From Paraphysomonas bandaiensis (taxonomy: Eukaryota > Protista > Chrysophyceae), in NCBI GenBank assembly GCA_965644295.1, contig CBFFRP010000357.1, positions 124,001 to 188,000 on the forward strand: a stretch of 64,000 nucleotides of DNA, written 5' to 3'. Below are positions 37,301 through 49,709 of the stretch, one piece after another; the stretch's first letter is position 1, and the number at the start of each line of letters is the position of its first letter. The notes beneath the pieces were generated by a model. The model saw only the letters and a program-made list of their open reading frames with translations, searched no databases and had not been told where the DNA came from. The position numbers were made by a program, and so were the translations under genes.

Positions 37301-39290
37301 ACGAATATATTCGTTGCAGCAGGATATGAAGCGGAAGCGGTCCATTGTTGCATTAGAAGTACGACGCCGAAAGCTCGCGCGTACGGATGCCTGGGGAATT
37401 CTTGGTAACCGGTACCTGAGAGTAAAGCATCAGTGGGAGTACTATGTCGAACATCACCTCTCTCCTGAGCAGGAGGAGGACGAAATATTCACAGTCCGGT
37501 TACAAAAACTAGCGGCGATGAAAAATGTCATGTCTCCCCGTGCCACGTCTAGGCTCTCCACTATGCGGAATTCGTCATCTGGAAGTGGGGACATATTGCA
37601 CCCGGAGTACGACCAAGAAAACATTTTGAAACAGTTGGCCACGATGGAACTTATGCAACGGCGCCTGAAAACCGGAGTTACAACGCCAACGGACATGCTC
37701 TCTCCTTGGCAGAATGCTGATAGTACCGTGGCTCCTGAACCCCCTCGTTGGCCACCTGAAGGCCTCTTGATCGGTGCCAATGACCCGATGGGTTCGGTCA
37801 CCGAGCCACAAGACATATCCAGTTTGCAAAACACTGAGGCTTTTCCAGTCTCTGTAGTAGAGCCCCCTATCATTGTCGACCTCAATGGGTGCCGGCTGAC
37901 CACAGACGGACGAAGGCAGCAATGTTGTGCGTTAACTCTCTCTCAGGAGTGTAGGCCGGGTTGTAACTGTGCGTTACAAGTAGACAAATTTGAGAGGGAA
38001 TGTCGACCATGGACAGATATGGAGAAGTGTATATTTTTAGATAAGTTCCTGCAGTTCCCGAAGAATTTCTCAAAAATTGCTTCCTACTTAACTAACCGCA
38101 CAACCAAGGACTGCATTAAATTCTACTACGACTCCAAGACTACTATACCTTATAAGTCGCTTTTGCGCGAGTTTGATAACAGAAAGCGCCATGTGAAGAA
38201 TTCGTGGCTGCACAGCAGAACTGCGGCCTTGTCTGTGGGTGGAATTGTCTATCCACCTGATGAATTTGAAGACAAGGAGCAGTTGTATGAACTTCCTGAG
38301 AATGATGTGACATATGGTTCCTTGTGTTCTCATCCTCGTTTTATGGCGGCAGCTCTAGGGTTCGAGAGGAAGGAACAGGAGGAAATTGGAGCTGCACGGA
38401 GAAAGCATATGAAATATATGCAAGAGAAGGAACCCCGGCCGGTGACTCGACTTCTGGCTGACCGTCGGTACTTGCGGAAGCTCCATTGCGAATTGGAGAA
38501 AGGTGCATCTGCCGTTCTTCCACCCTACTTGGGTGGAAATAGGGGTATCGGTTCAAAAAAATTTGTTTATGCATCTGATCATTTGAAAGACACATGTACT
38601 GCTGCTGTATATGGTGGATATGGGCAGGGCGATGCAGAATGGCAAAAATGTCGGAGCGATCAAATGTACACCCGTACCAAACGTGCACAGGAGTTGAGCA
38701 ATGATATTGTAGATATCGGTGGCCTTAAGGATATAAAGTCCGATTGCAGCACAGTCGAAGCGTCTCTGCCGGTGTCTCCTGCAGCTGGAAGAGGGCGTCG
38801 GGGCAGACGGTTGAACTCAACTCGAGGCGGGGGTCGTGGTGGGGGTCGCGATGAAGTCGAAATTTCAGATTCAGAGAAACCTATATGTAGAGGAAAAGGG
38901 CGCGGGAAAGGGAGGTGGGGTGGAAGAGGTCGTGGTAGGGGGAAGGGTAGGCCAAAATCCTCACCGGAGGCTACAGATAGTCCTTTGCAAGGTGAGCGAG
39001 CAGGCGACGTTGCGGAGGAAATAGAATTTATTGATGGTGGGGCTGAAGTATTAATGGGTGCTGCTAGTGGGGATTGTGACCAAGGGGTAAGAGATAAGGA
39101 TGCTGGAGAAATAAATATGCAAAGAGAAAATCGAAATACAGTAATGGCATCAGAGAAAGGTGTTTATGGTGAGTGCTGTGGGGAAGAAAATCTCGACGGC
39201 AAAGATAGCGAAGAGGATAATAATGACGAAATACTCATGCCTAAGGATAGACATCATGAAAAGGCTGCTGGAAGTAGACGAGAAGATTAA
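34310..39290 (+). CDS. NCoR/SNT1-type SANT-domain protein, largely disordered
   Basis: Introns 34539-34592 and 36252-36303 join the three ORFs in frame. SANT WTDMEKCIFLDKFLQFPKNFSKIASYLTNRTTKDCIKFYY; AT-hook-like KKRRGRPP; RGG-rich tail. Confidence 0.85.
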
Positions 39291-40317
39291 ACAAAAAAAC
39301 ATTGTGTACATAATGACGCAAATATTAGTTTGAACGATGAATAATATCCCGGAGGTTCTGTGCAAGAGTTATCGTGCGGCTAGATGACGCATCGGTCAGG
39401 AACAACTTAGCATCCACTTGAGAAGTATACTTGGAAAAGAATTATCAATGTGTCATGAGAGAACACAGTCTGTATTTGCAACAATATCTGCGTAACATAT
39501 AAGGGTGAGTTAGTCGTATGATTCAGGAATGTTGCGTTGAAATATTGAAATATCGATACTATGTTTTTTAGGTAGTTATAATGTATAAGATATGACGGAT
39601 GTACGTGGTCCTCCTTCATCTCTGACTGCATTTAAAAAAATAGTAGGTGACATTTCAGGAGTTAATGTCAAATTGTTTCAGTGCTATGACAGTAGATTGT
39701 GTTTTTAGTGCATTTTACCTATAATATGTCGATTACTTTTCGTAACATACTTTAATCTTGTTTATAACTTCGATCTTTAAAGCTGAGAGGAGATTAACAC
39801 GACATTCTATTTCAACAGAATGGTGCTATTTATTATCAAGTATGAAAATACTATTTGGAAATTGCAAGCCTTACACTCTATGCTAAGATTATAAACATAT
39901 AGTAAAATTATGATCGATATCATTTGTCAATGTTATTTCAACGTCTCGACTACAATCGTTTCCATATAATCTTAGATATATCACGATCTTATACGGTCAA
40001 TATATTTCAGTTTCGCTACTATGATTACTATCATGACATTAGTTCTCATAATACAGTGAAGCACTCCTCCTGTATTTTTCCATTACCAGACATAATTCTA
40101 ATACCTTTGAACTACAGCTCTTAATTGCTCTCATATAGCAAAACTCAACAAAAACAACTGTAATTAGGCAGATAAAAGTTGAGTTCTATAATTTATAACT
40201 ACAAAGATATATAAGGGCCAGTTGATCATAAGTACAATTTCGCAAGTCCATTACAATGTCGTCCCGACTCATGTTTCAATATTGGAAGCAACCAATGTTG
40301 CGTATATGAAGGTCGTA

Positions 40318-43300
40318 TTACGACTCCTTCACACCAGTAAGAAATGCATGCGCCACAGAATTCTTAAGTTCCACCAACAAACCGTCATATAAAGAAGAAT
40401 GACGAACTCCGTTGTAAAATCGATGTGAAAAATCTGTTCGATCATATATGCCCTCTCTTTGAGTGTAGCTTTTTAACGCATTAAAGTTATCATCTGACGG
40501 CATCACATACATATGTTTCGGCTTTCGTTCCTGAATAAAATTCATCCATACCATATCATATCCTTTCTCCAGATTTCTGACATAGCTGAAAAAAATTACG
40601 AATACATAATCATCGAAATTTACATTTTACCTTTGAAGATCCCAGAATGGGTTCTTTGGATGACTTGCGTAAGCAGTTGATATTAACTTGTTACGTACAC
40701 TATGAAACTTGGTTGCATTCAAGCCAAGGTCAATCGCAATGTTGTTATAATGTCGTTGGTTCTAATACAACAGTATTAGAGATCATATAGCGAGATTGTG
40801 AACGTCAAACCCTTGCAATCAGTTCAGGGATATCTAAAGTTGTCATTATACTCTGTCCTACTCTGGAAGGAGCAAGTAACACGCACATTTAGCACTCACT
40901 TTAAAACTTGTCATACCTGCCGCTCATGTCGATACCATTCCCGTATACCACTATCGGAACCCTAAAATTTCAGCATAGTAAACCGAAAAATATAACAATC
41001 GTTATAGTTTCACACACCCTGCCCATAGCGCATCTGCAGCAGTCGTATGACCATTGTAGATGGGAGTGTCAAGAACTACGTGACACATGTCTCTTACTCG
41101 GCGTTGGTTGTCAAATGGATTAGGCAAAAAACCTAATTTCAGAATGAATACTTCATGAAGCCTATATATATAAGTGTCATACTTTGAAACCGAACTCTAT
41201 CCATTAAGGAGGGGTCATGTATCTCTACAAAGTGCATAATGTTTTTGATTGAGTCTGCCGGGTTCTCCAGTAAGCATAGGACTGAATCATTTACACTCTA
41301 TGCGACGCTATGTTAAGTGAAATATTAACAACATTTATGCCTATGCCTGAATAATTTCTAACCAACTCTGAAAAGTATCTGGTCTAAACTTCAAATGTTT
41401 ATTGAAATTGCAATAAACAAAAGAAGCAGGCGGTCCACCACATCCACTCTCCTGAAATAGTTATATTACAATATATTCAACCAATAACGTGCACCACAAC
41501 CCCTGGGTTGCTTCCTGGTAGTCTTTCAAAAGTTGGTGGTTCTATATGTGGTGCCAAATATGACATGGAGTTCGCAAGAAAGCAATGCGGAAGGTAAATG
41601 AACTGACCACATGTTAATATCAACCTCAAAGACCGGAACATTTACCTTTTCGGTGTACAGATGTTGAAGCTTCGGCGGTGATGTCACTACATCAGAGATC
41701 ATGTATTGAATATAATCTGCTCCCATAGTTCCAATGTATTCCTATTAAATTGTACAGCTGAGGAAGACGTATATAACGGCAACATAGGTTTAGATACCTG
41801 ATGCGCAATCTGTATGGGTGCTGTTTGCATCGGAAATAATCCAGTCGGACGGACACCATTGTTGGAGTATCCATCCCAGTTCAATAGTATATGTATACCG
41901 TCATTTCTGTTCCATATATAACTATCAGTATGTCAGATAATTCAAATATAGTATACCTAATCTTCTCAGCAAGCTGCAGTATTCCAACGCCACTCATGTC
42001 ATGGAAAAATTCAACTGTGTCTCTTATCTAGAAATCGATTGAATTAGTAACATAATCGATAAGTTACAGCACCTTAGCTCTCCAATCTACCCCACGCATA
42101 GCGTTATCGATAAAGTAGGCATTGTCGTTAGGGGTGGTAGCGTAAACATGTATCTCATACTTTGAGCGATTATGAAATCGCATAATATCCTGTATTGAAC
42201 GGTAACGAAGAGGGAAAGCACTTGTATACATAGATACAGTATTTATGCAACTAAATCATCACTGGTATTGTGTCACCATAAATGATTCTCACCTGTGCCA
42301 TATACACTGTTGTCTTGGCCTTGATATTCGCTGAAACATATCCCACCCTAATTCTAAATCCCGGCTCATATACTTCCTTGCGATAACTGAAAACATACGA
42401 AATAAAAAGTAACTTCTTTTAAAATACAGCAATGTGTATACCTGACAGCTTGATGTTTATATATAGGTGCACCAGACTCCTTAACCAATGCCTACACGGG
42501 CCACATTAGCTCACTTTTTCCTGATCGAAATATTTACCTTCTCACCGCGAGCATGTGATTTGGCAATTTCCAGCTTAAGCTCCGGTGCGATATTGTATCC
42601 TAAGAATTACATTATGCGCCCTGTTATCAAGTGGTAAATGTACACACCGAGAGCCATATGAGGATGCACCGTCACAGTAGCGGTAGTATCTGAGTTGGAT
42701 TCCTGAAGAAATGAATTACTTTCACAGAATATATTAAAATATACTAACGTCAATCATATCTAACTCCTTTCGAATTAAAAGTTCAATGGCTTCCATATCG
42801 GCCTTGTGTCGCTCACCATGATTACCCCACTTCACAAAACATATAAGTTAGGAAACAGAGGGCTATCTTGATGAACAGCTCCAAAAAAGCTGGGTGCTAG
42901 TCAAAAATGCAAGTCCTCACCATACAAATGAATTGTCGAAGATAAATACTTGTAGATAAGGAAAGATGACAGGAAGAATTCAGCGCGTAGGCTTGTTCAA
43001 AATAGGCCAAGGAACTACAGCAATACATAGCATTAAATAGATAGACACAATCGCTGGGCATACAGTCATCCAGACAACAATTTGAAAACCCACTTTTCCC
43101 AAGCCCTCATATCCCACAGTTCCTGTGCAACTTGCAGATTTGTCTACATAACGCCACGTACAGCAATTAGTCAGGATATATATACATGCACACCAAAAGT
43201 ACACATACATTATAACCTCTCGGATCAATGGTCAGTGCATTAATTAAGTGTTTCACTCGAACGTTAGGGTCCTGAGATTTTATACTTGCCAAAGTCAAGT

Positions 43301-43670
43301 GCGCCTCTAGTAGATTCTGATTTATCGATAGCGCAGTATTGAGATACTCAATGGCTTCTGCCTCATGACCTTGTGATATGAACTGTTTACTAATACGCAG
43401 CAGTCCCTCTTCAGGTTTGCCTCTCATGCGATATGTTGATAGAAACAATTCCATTACATCACTTGCATCATAATCATTATAATATTGACTTCGTATCAAT
43501 GCAATCCATAAATAGTTTGCAGATTCCTCATAGAGTCCCTTTTCATAAAGTTTTTGTCCCATTTTAAAGGCTTTAAGCCCATTGAATGCATCAGATGGAT
43601 TGGATGCAGATAATGCCATAGTCATGCATAACACACACAGAAAGATCAATAAACATATCATTCGTATCAT
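40318..43670 (-). CDS. GT41 (OGT/SPINDLY-like) glycosyltransferase with TPRs and an N-terminal signal peptide (many exons)
   Basis: IELDGYS..., APIQI, EYIGTMGADYIQYMISDVVTSP, YTEK, FVYCNFNKHLK, YNGHTTAADALWAGVP; TPR-like helices; N-terminus MIRMICLLIFLCVLCMTMALSA. The 3' end is approximate. Confidence 0.85.
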
Positions 43671-44973
43671 AATTAGTTCGATGGAGAATGAATTGGAAGA
43701 GAATTAATGCTTAATGGTCATATAGAGCCATTCTCAGTGGGACTTAACTGATTACTAACATTTACTTTAAAATATCATCCAAAAACCATGATTTTTATAA
43801 TAAATCCTATATTTTATAACATATTATCAATTTTTATAATCAAATCCTCAGTATTATTTATCCTAATCGAATAAACCGTGATTTTAATATAAACCCTTTA
43901 TTATAATTTATATTTCCAGTTTTTATGATGAAATCCTGGATATTATCATCTGTACAATAAGGTATAGAATCTAACGTTAACATCATCCTGCACTTAAGCT
44001 ATACATACATACATTAAGGATCCCATCATATCATCTCATGCAAGTATCTGATATACATCAACAGGGAATGCATTAATATGATCAGAGAATGCAATGCGCT
44101 TATTAATCAGTAGTATGCAATTGTGTCCATATACATGTATGTAGAATAGGGCGTATACACAGCACAGTCGTGTATATATATACATGTATGTAGAATAGAG
44201 CAGCTGATGGCACTGGAAATGCATCATTGAATAATAAACAATCATTTAAGAAGCAGCAGCGATTGTCGAATATGTATGTGTATATTTATGTGGACTATTA
44301 TGTATACGTACATATGATGCATGTCTCATACCAGTTGATCTCAGTTGAGTCCATGTCTCGAGTATGTACTCTTCAAATCAACTCTATGTATCGAGTATTT
44401 GCGTTTGGAGGAACTGTAATCTGAGTTATAGTATTATAAATGTTTACAATGTATAGATAATGAGTGAATTAGCTACGAAGATATCACTATCCCTTAATCT
44501 TCAAGGCTGCTAATTCAATAACGGATATTATATATACTCGATATGATATTTCGTTTATGCTATGATATTGACATACTGACAACTAGTAAACATGTAATAC
44601 ATTCATGTAGTAGAGATGAATTAGAATAGATATTCACTAGGTGTTGTATGAATGTATGAATCATATAACGACTTTAATAAGTATGTTTTTTTCTTGGAAT
44701 ACCTGTTATATGTGCATCGAATAATTTATTTATTCGATGCACATATCTACAAAGTACTCTACATAACTGACAAGAATGGCAAAGTTAGACACTAGACACA
44801 CATAAAAGCAACACGTGTTCCTCTTCGAATATCTGATTTAATAGAACGATTACTGCAAGCGGTGCACTTAAGCGAAGTGTACTGCTTTCGTCATATATAT
44901 ACAACCACTAAAATTGTCATCTGTACCTAATATGTATCAGACTTAAACACTGGATGTACGTGAAATATCTAAT

Positions 44974-47485
44974 TCATAACATGGCTGTTTCTTCTGTTGA
45001 CACAATTATCGTATCATCCTTAGCTGTCTTAAAGCTCGTGCTTGGCTGCGCTGCTCGAGGCGAATGGTTGAGCCATGATGTATTCCTACGTGCTAGTGAC
45101 ATGCCTGGGTTTTGCTGCTTACCACCAAATTCCCACTGTCGGTCGTCGTTTACTCCCTTGCTATCAGCGGTATCCAGTTCTTCATAAGAGTCTTTCAACT
45201 TCAATAGAGAGGATTTTCGTCTCCTCTGAATACATGGCTCATTGTCAAAATATATAGGCGAGTCCATGAACTTTAATTCTGATTTCTTCTCCAGGGCGCT
45301 TACGTCGTCGCCTCCAAGTTGATACTCACCAGTAACAATAACGTCATCAGATTCACGCGGGCGTTCGCTATACCTTGCCACAGATGTTACTTGTCTGATA
45401 ATCATATACCCCACAAGAAAAAACACACAAAGTACGACCACAGCATAAGGCCAATTGTTTTTCGAAAATACGGAACCGTCGCTTGAATTTTTGCTATCAG
45501 ACGTGCCGCTGTTGTCCTCAATTACCAGTAAGTCAGGACAATTCGAAATTGCTTCAGTTGAAGTTGGAGCTGACGTTGTATATATAGAGTCGTACCACGT
45601 TTGACAGCGCTCAGAGGGTAGGCGATGTCCGGGAGAGTCACATACACAGTCACCTCCAACTGCATCGCAAGTACCTAACCAACTGCAATAGTAGTCCCTG
45701 GAATTGGGCTCACAGCACTGATCGGGATCAAGTTCAGGACCATGGTGATACGAATCGCATCTTTCAGAGGCCCAGAAATGAAGTGGATCATCGCAGATAC
45801 AACCGCTGCCTATGTATCAGAAGTCATATACAGACAGATGTACCAGTATAACACTGACCTGTATCGTCACACTTGCCATTATTATAACAATATCCTCTAT
45901 CTGTTCCGGGCTCACAGGACGAACCATGAGAAATGTTGAATCGCGGTTGATATTCGCCGCAACGTGTTTCCGAGACCCGATGTGCACTGTCGAAACACTC
46001 ACATGACAGGCCATCCTCACTACATACTCCCAGCCAACTACAATAATCGTCGACTTGATTGGGGTAACAGAACAGTCCTTCTTCAAGCTCCCTACCATAG
46101 TGGAAGAACTGACATCTTTCAGAGGGCCAATAATGCTTGTAGTCATCACACACACAGAGTAAGCCTGAAGGCGCGCAATGCCCTTTGTTATGACAGAATG
46201 CTCTATCTCCGGGAACGCATACGGCTGGAGGAGCAAAGGGTGTGGGTCGCAAAGAAGGGCGATGTGTGGGACTAACAGTTGGCGAGGCAGTAGGTAATAC
46301 AGTAGGAAATTCAGTGGCTGTAGGAATTGCAGATATAGTAGGATACGAGCTGGGAGAGAGCGATATAGTGGGGGTCAGAGTGGGTTCAGGGGGCATACAT
46401 GTCCATTCATCGTCGTATAGGTTCTCACTAAGAAAATAGTTCCGCATATAAGTACCTAAGCATGTAGTGCTTTCCCAATCTTGTGCTGCACATGCTCCGA
46501 ACGAAAGCAGAGATGCCAACTCTTCGTCTTTATCAGAGTACTGCCAGACACACCAACTCACTACCGTTCTATTGCCTGTTCCTGAAAACAAGGTGAGAAA
46601 TTTTTCTGCCTCCTCTGTGTCATAGGTTTCGGTGGTAGTGTAGTCGGTTGCCGCCCACTCTGTTACAAATAGAGGGACACTATCGATGTACTCGTCCACA
46701 ATGTCGTACAGGTATTGATGAGACGCAGCGTAAAAATGAAAAGTGTACATGACATTGTAGGGGTTATCAACAGGCTCACTGGCAGGGAAATATATCTGTG
46801 AGCTCCAAAAAGGTGTTCCAGCAATAATAATCGTTTCGGGATCTATCTTGCGTATCTCATCTATCATCACATTATGATAGAGCAATATAGTGTCCCAATC
46901 AGTGTAACTAGGTTCGTTCGCAATCTCATATATGACATGGGTCTTTGTCTTGTAGGTGTTAGCGATATAGCGCCAGAAGTCCATTGCCATACCAGTCCGA
47001 GCACCAGGAGTGTCCAGGTAGTAATTAGGGTCGCCAGACGGTGTGTGCACATGCCAGTCCACAATTACATATATACCGAGTGTCTCACACCAGTTAATGA
47101 TATCCGCCAGTTTAGATTTGAAATAGTTGGGCTGAGTTGGATAGCCATCCTCAGCAGGATCTATATATACAGATGCCCTAAACACAGTCACACCCCACAC
47201 TTCAATCAAATGTGTCAGAGAGGACAGAGTAACACAGTCTTTAAACCACTGTAGACCATGTGAGCTAACCCCTCTAAGCTGTATAGGGTCCCCATACATA
47301 TCCACAAGCTGTATACCATCTAATTGAAGTTTACCATGTCTATCTGCATATCCTCTGCAGTTTGTTCGTCCATTCAGTGGTATAAACTCACAATCAGCTG
47401 CAGATACATGAAACAGAGAGAATGAATATGATAATAGAAGAGATATACAGGTGACTGTGAAGGGCCATACACTCCTTCCTGTCAT
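44974..47485 (-). CDS. Membrane-anchored GH5 endoglucanase: signal peptide, GH5, PT linker, 4 EGF-like repeats, TM, tail
   Basis: LRGVSSHGLQW, YVIVDWH, IYEIANEP (acid/base), HFYA, LFVTEW (nucleophile); one intron near 45.81-45.86 kb; TM YAVVVLCVFFLVGYMII. Confidence 0.9.
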
Positions 47486-47547
47486 AACCCTTACGCGATA
47501 ATGGCACTAATTGGAATGATAAACAATAAACTAACCTCCTAACAGCA

Positions 47548-48144
47548 ATGTATGTATGTATGTATGTATGTATGTATGTATGTATGTATGTATGTATGTA
47601 TGTATGTATGTATGTATGTATGTATGTATGTATGTATGTATGTATGTATGTATGTATGTATGTATGTATGTATGTATGTATGTATGTATGTATGTATGTA
47701 TGTATGTATGTATGTATGTATGTATGTATGTATGTATGTATGTATGTATGTATGTATGTATGTATGTATGTATGTATGTATGTATGTATGTATGTATGTA
47801 TGTATGTATGTATGTATGTATGTATGTATGTATGTATGGTATGTAGGTATGTAGGTATGTAGGTATGTAGGTATGTAGGTATGTAGGTATGTAGGTATGT
47901 AGGTATGTATGTATGTATGTATGTATGTATGTATGTATGTATGTATGTATGTATGTATGTATGTATGTATGTATGTATGTATGTATGTATGTATGTATGT
48001 ATGTATGTATGTATGTATGTATGTATGTATGTATGTATGTATGTATGTATGTATGTATGTATGTATGTATGTATGTATGTATGTATGTATGTATGTATGT
48101 ATGTATGTATGTATGTATGTATGTATGTATGTATGTATGTATGT
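47548..48144. repeat. (TATG)n microsatellite, ~600 bp, with an internal (GTATGTAG)n block
   Basis: Read directly; the 8-mer variant block is at ~47839-47905. Confidence 0.97.
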
Positions 48145-48258
48145 ACTGTATGTACAGTGTATGTATTTATAGTCTCAAAATGATTGATTTTCAGTCGGAG
48201 GGAATCACATACAGAAGTATGAAGTTTGTTCTCTAATCTCACAATTCGAATTGGCGCA

Positions 48259-49179
48259 ATGGAAGACTGGGAGTTTGTTGTTGTTGTTGTTGCATTAGTC
48301 ACTGCCACTGTCGTTTTTGGATTAGTTCATCGACATCTGCAGGAGGTGGAGCGCAAGCAGCAGGGACAAAGCTTGATGCTCCATCAGATTTTGTCTCATC
48401 TACCAGCCGCAGTGGTTCACATTGTCTTGACACCGTCAGCGGATTCCCAAACGAAAGATAAGAATCTGAGAGCCCTATTGGACCGTCTCAGAATCGATTT
48501 CCCCGTTCTCAGCAATGATATTTACACATCAGAAAAATATTTCTCGCGGTTTAAATTTAAATGGGCGTGGCCGGAAGGTTGCACAAATAAGGAATCAGTG
48601 TATGATCCATTCTGCGCGGCTTTCAACGAATTCATCAGTTCGAGTACACAGGTGCAATTGGTGAGTGCTGCTGTTGGGAATGGTCAAAGGTTGGCGGACG
48701 GTCTTCTATTCAGTACACCCATCTTCTCACTGCGTGATTACAATGTATTCAATAAGAAGAAGGGGAAAGTACTATACAGGGGAGAAGTTAGAGGGAGAAC
48801 CGATATCGTTATTATGGATGCAGACCCCCCTGGTGAAATTGCTCGCCATAACGTTTTGTTTGCCATTGAGATTAGAAAGGATTTGACGCGCCCCAGTGAT
48901 CTGCACTCTGGCCTGCGTGAAGCTTGCACCGACTTATTGGGTCTATGTGGGGACAACAACTACCGCACTCCACCGGTGTTACTCACAGATTTTGTTTCGT
49001 GTTTTGTCGTAGTGTACCTCAATCAAGTTAGTGAGGTTCCTTTGGTGTTTTCGATTGCAGCCGACCGTTGCAGTAACCTCAAGTCTGCTTTATCCTTGGC
49101 TTACTCGGTGTCAATGCAAGATTCCATCAGCGCAGACTTTGGGCGGCCTGATACCCCCACCGGCAGCGATCATAGCTAG
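48259..49179 (+). CDS. Crinkler-like restriction-endonuclease-fold protein with an N-terminal hydrophobic anchor
   Basis: Intronless; MEDWEFVVVVVALVTATVV; RGRTDIVI...LFAIEIRK...REA..DLLG...PPVLLTDF fits a PD-(D/E)xK-type core. Confidence 0.6.
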   Translation: MEDWEFVVVVVALVTATVVFGLVHRHLQEVERKQQGQSLMLHQILSHLPAAVVHIVLTPSADSQTKDKNLRALLDRLRIDFPVLSNDIYTSEKYFSRFKFKWAWPEGCTNKESVYDPFCAAFNEFISSSTQVQLVSAAVGNGQRLADGLLFSTPIFSLRDYNVFNKKKGKVLYRGEVRGRTDIVIMDADPPGEIARHNVLFAIEIRKDLTRPSDLHSGLREACTDLLGLCGDNNYRTPPVLLTDFVSCFVVVYLNQVSEVPLVFSIAADRCSNLKSALSLAYSVSMQDSISADFGRPDTPTGSDHS

Positions 49180-49709
49180 TAGATGGCAACAGATTTGGAA
49201 TATATTAAATGTATTACATGTTTTTTTAATACTAACAGCGATTATTGTGGAGTAGCACATATATTGTGGATTGTTTATCGATGTTTGGCTAAAATGTTGT
49301 ATTAGTTTGTAGTTGTATTTAGTTTGGTCACCAGTTCTTTTATTGTGACTGAATTTGAAGTATTAATTAGTAGTAGTAAGTTAACACGAGAGTGGTGTCG
49401 CCAAGAGCAAGAAGTGCAGAACACATCATTTAACGAATAAGGAATAAGCCGGTATACCCTCTGAATGATAAATTACGGTGTGCATCCTAATCTGTAAATC
49501 GCATGACTACATCACTATGCGTACGTAAATACTGAATACACATTTGTTGACTGTACATCATAGGATGTCGTTGTATACGATGAGTACTTAAGTAAACAAT
49601 AATGACACTATACGCTTGACAACTAAGAATTTCTCTGGGAACTACATTACAATATCACTCGGGTCCGTATCGCCGTTTTTATTATACAATGCTTGCAGCT
49701 TAACTACTA

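Noticed and set aside
47394-48308. Long MYVC/YIHT ORFs (also 55842-56616)
   Set aside because: Artefacts of (TATG)n, which has no stop codon in any frame.
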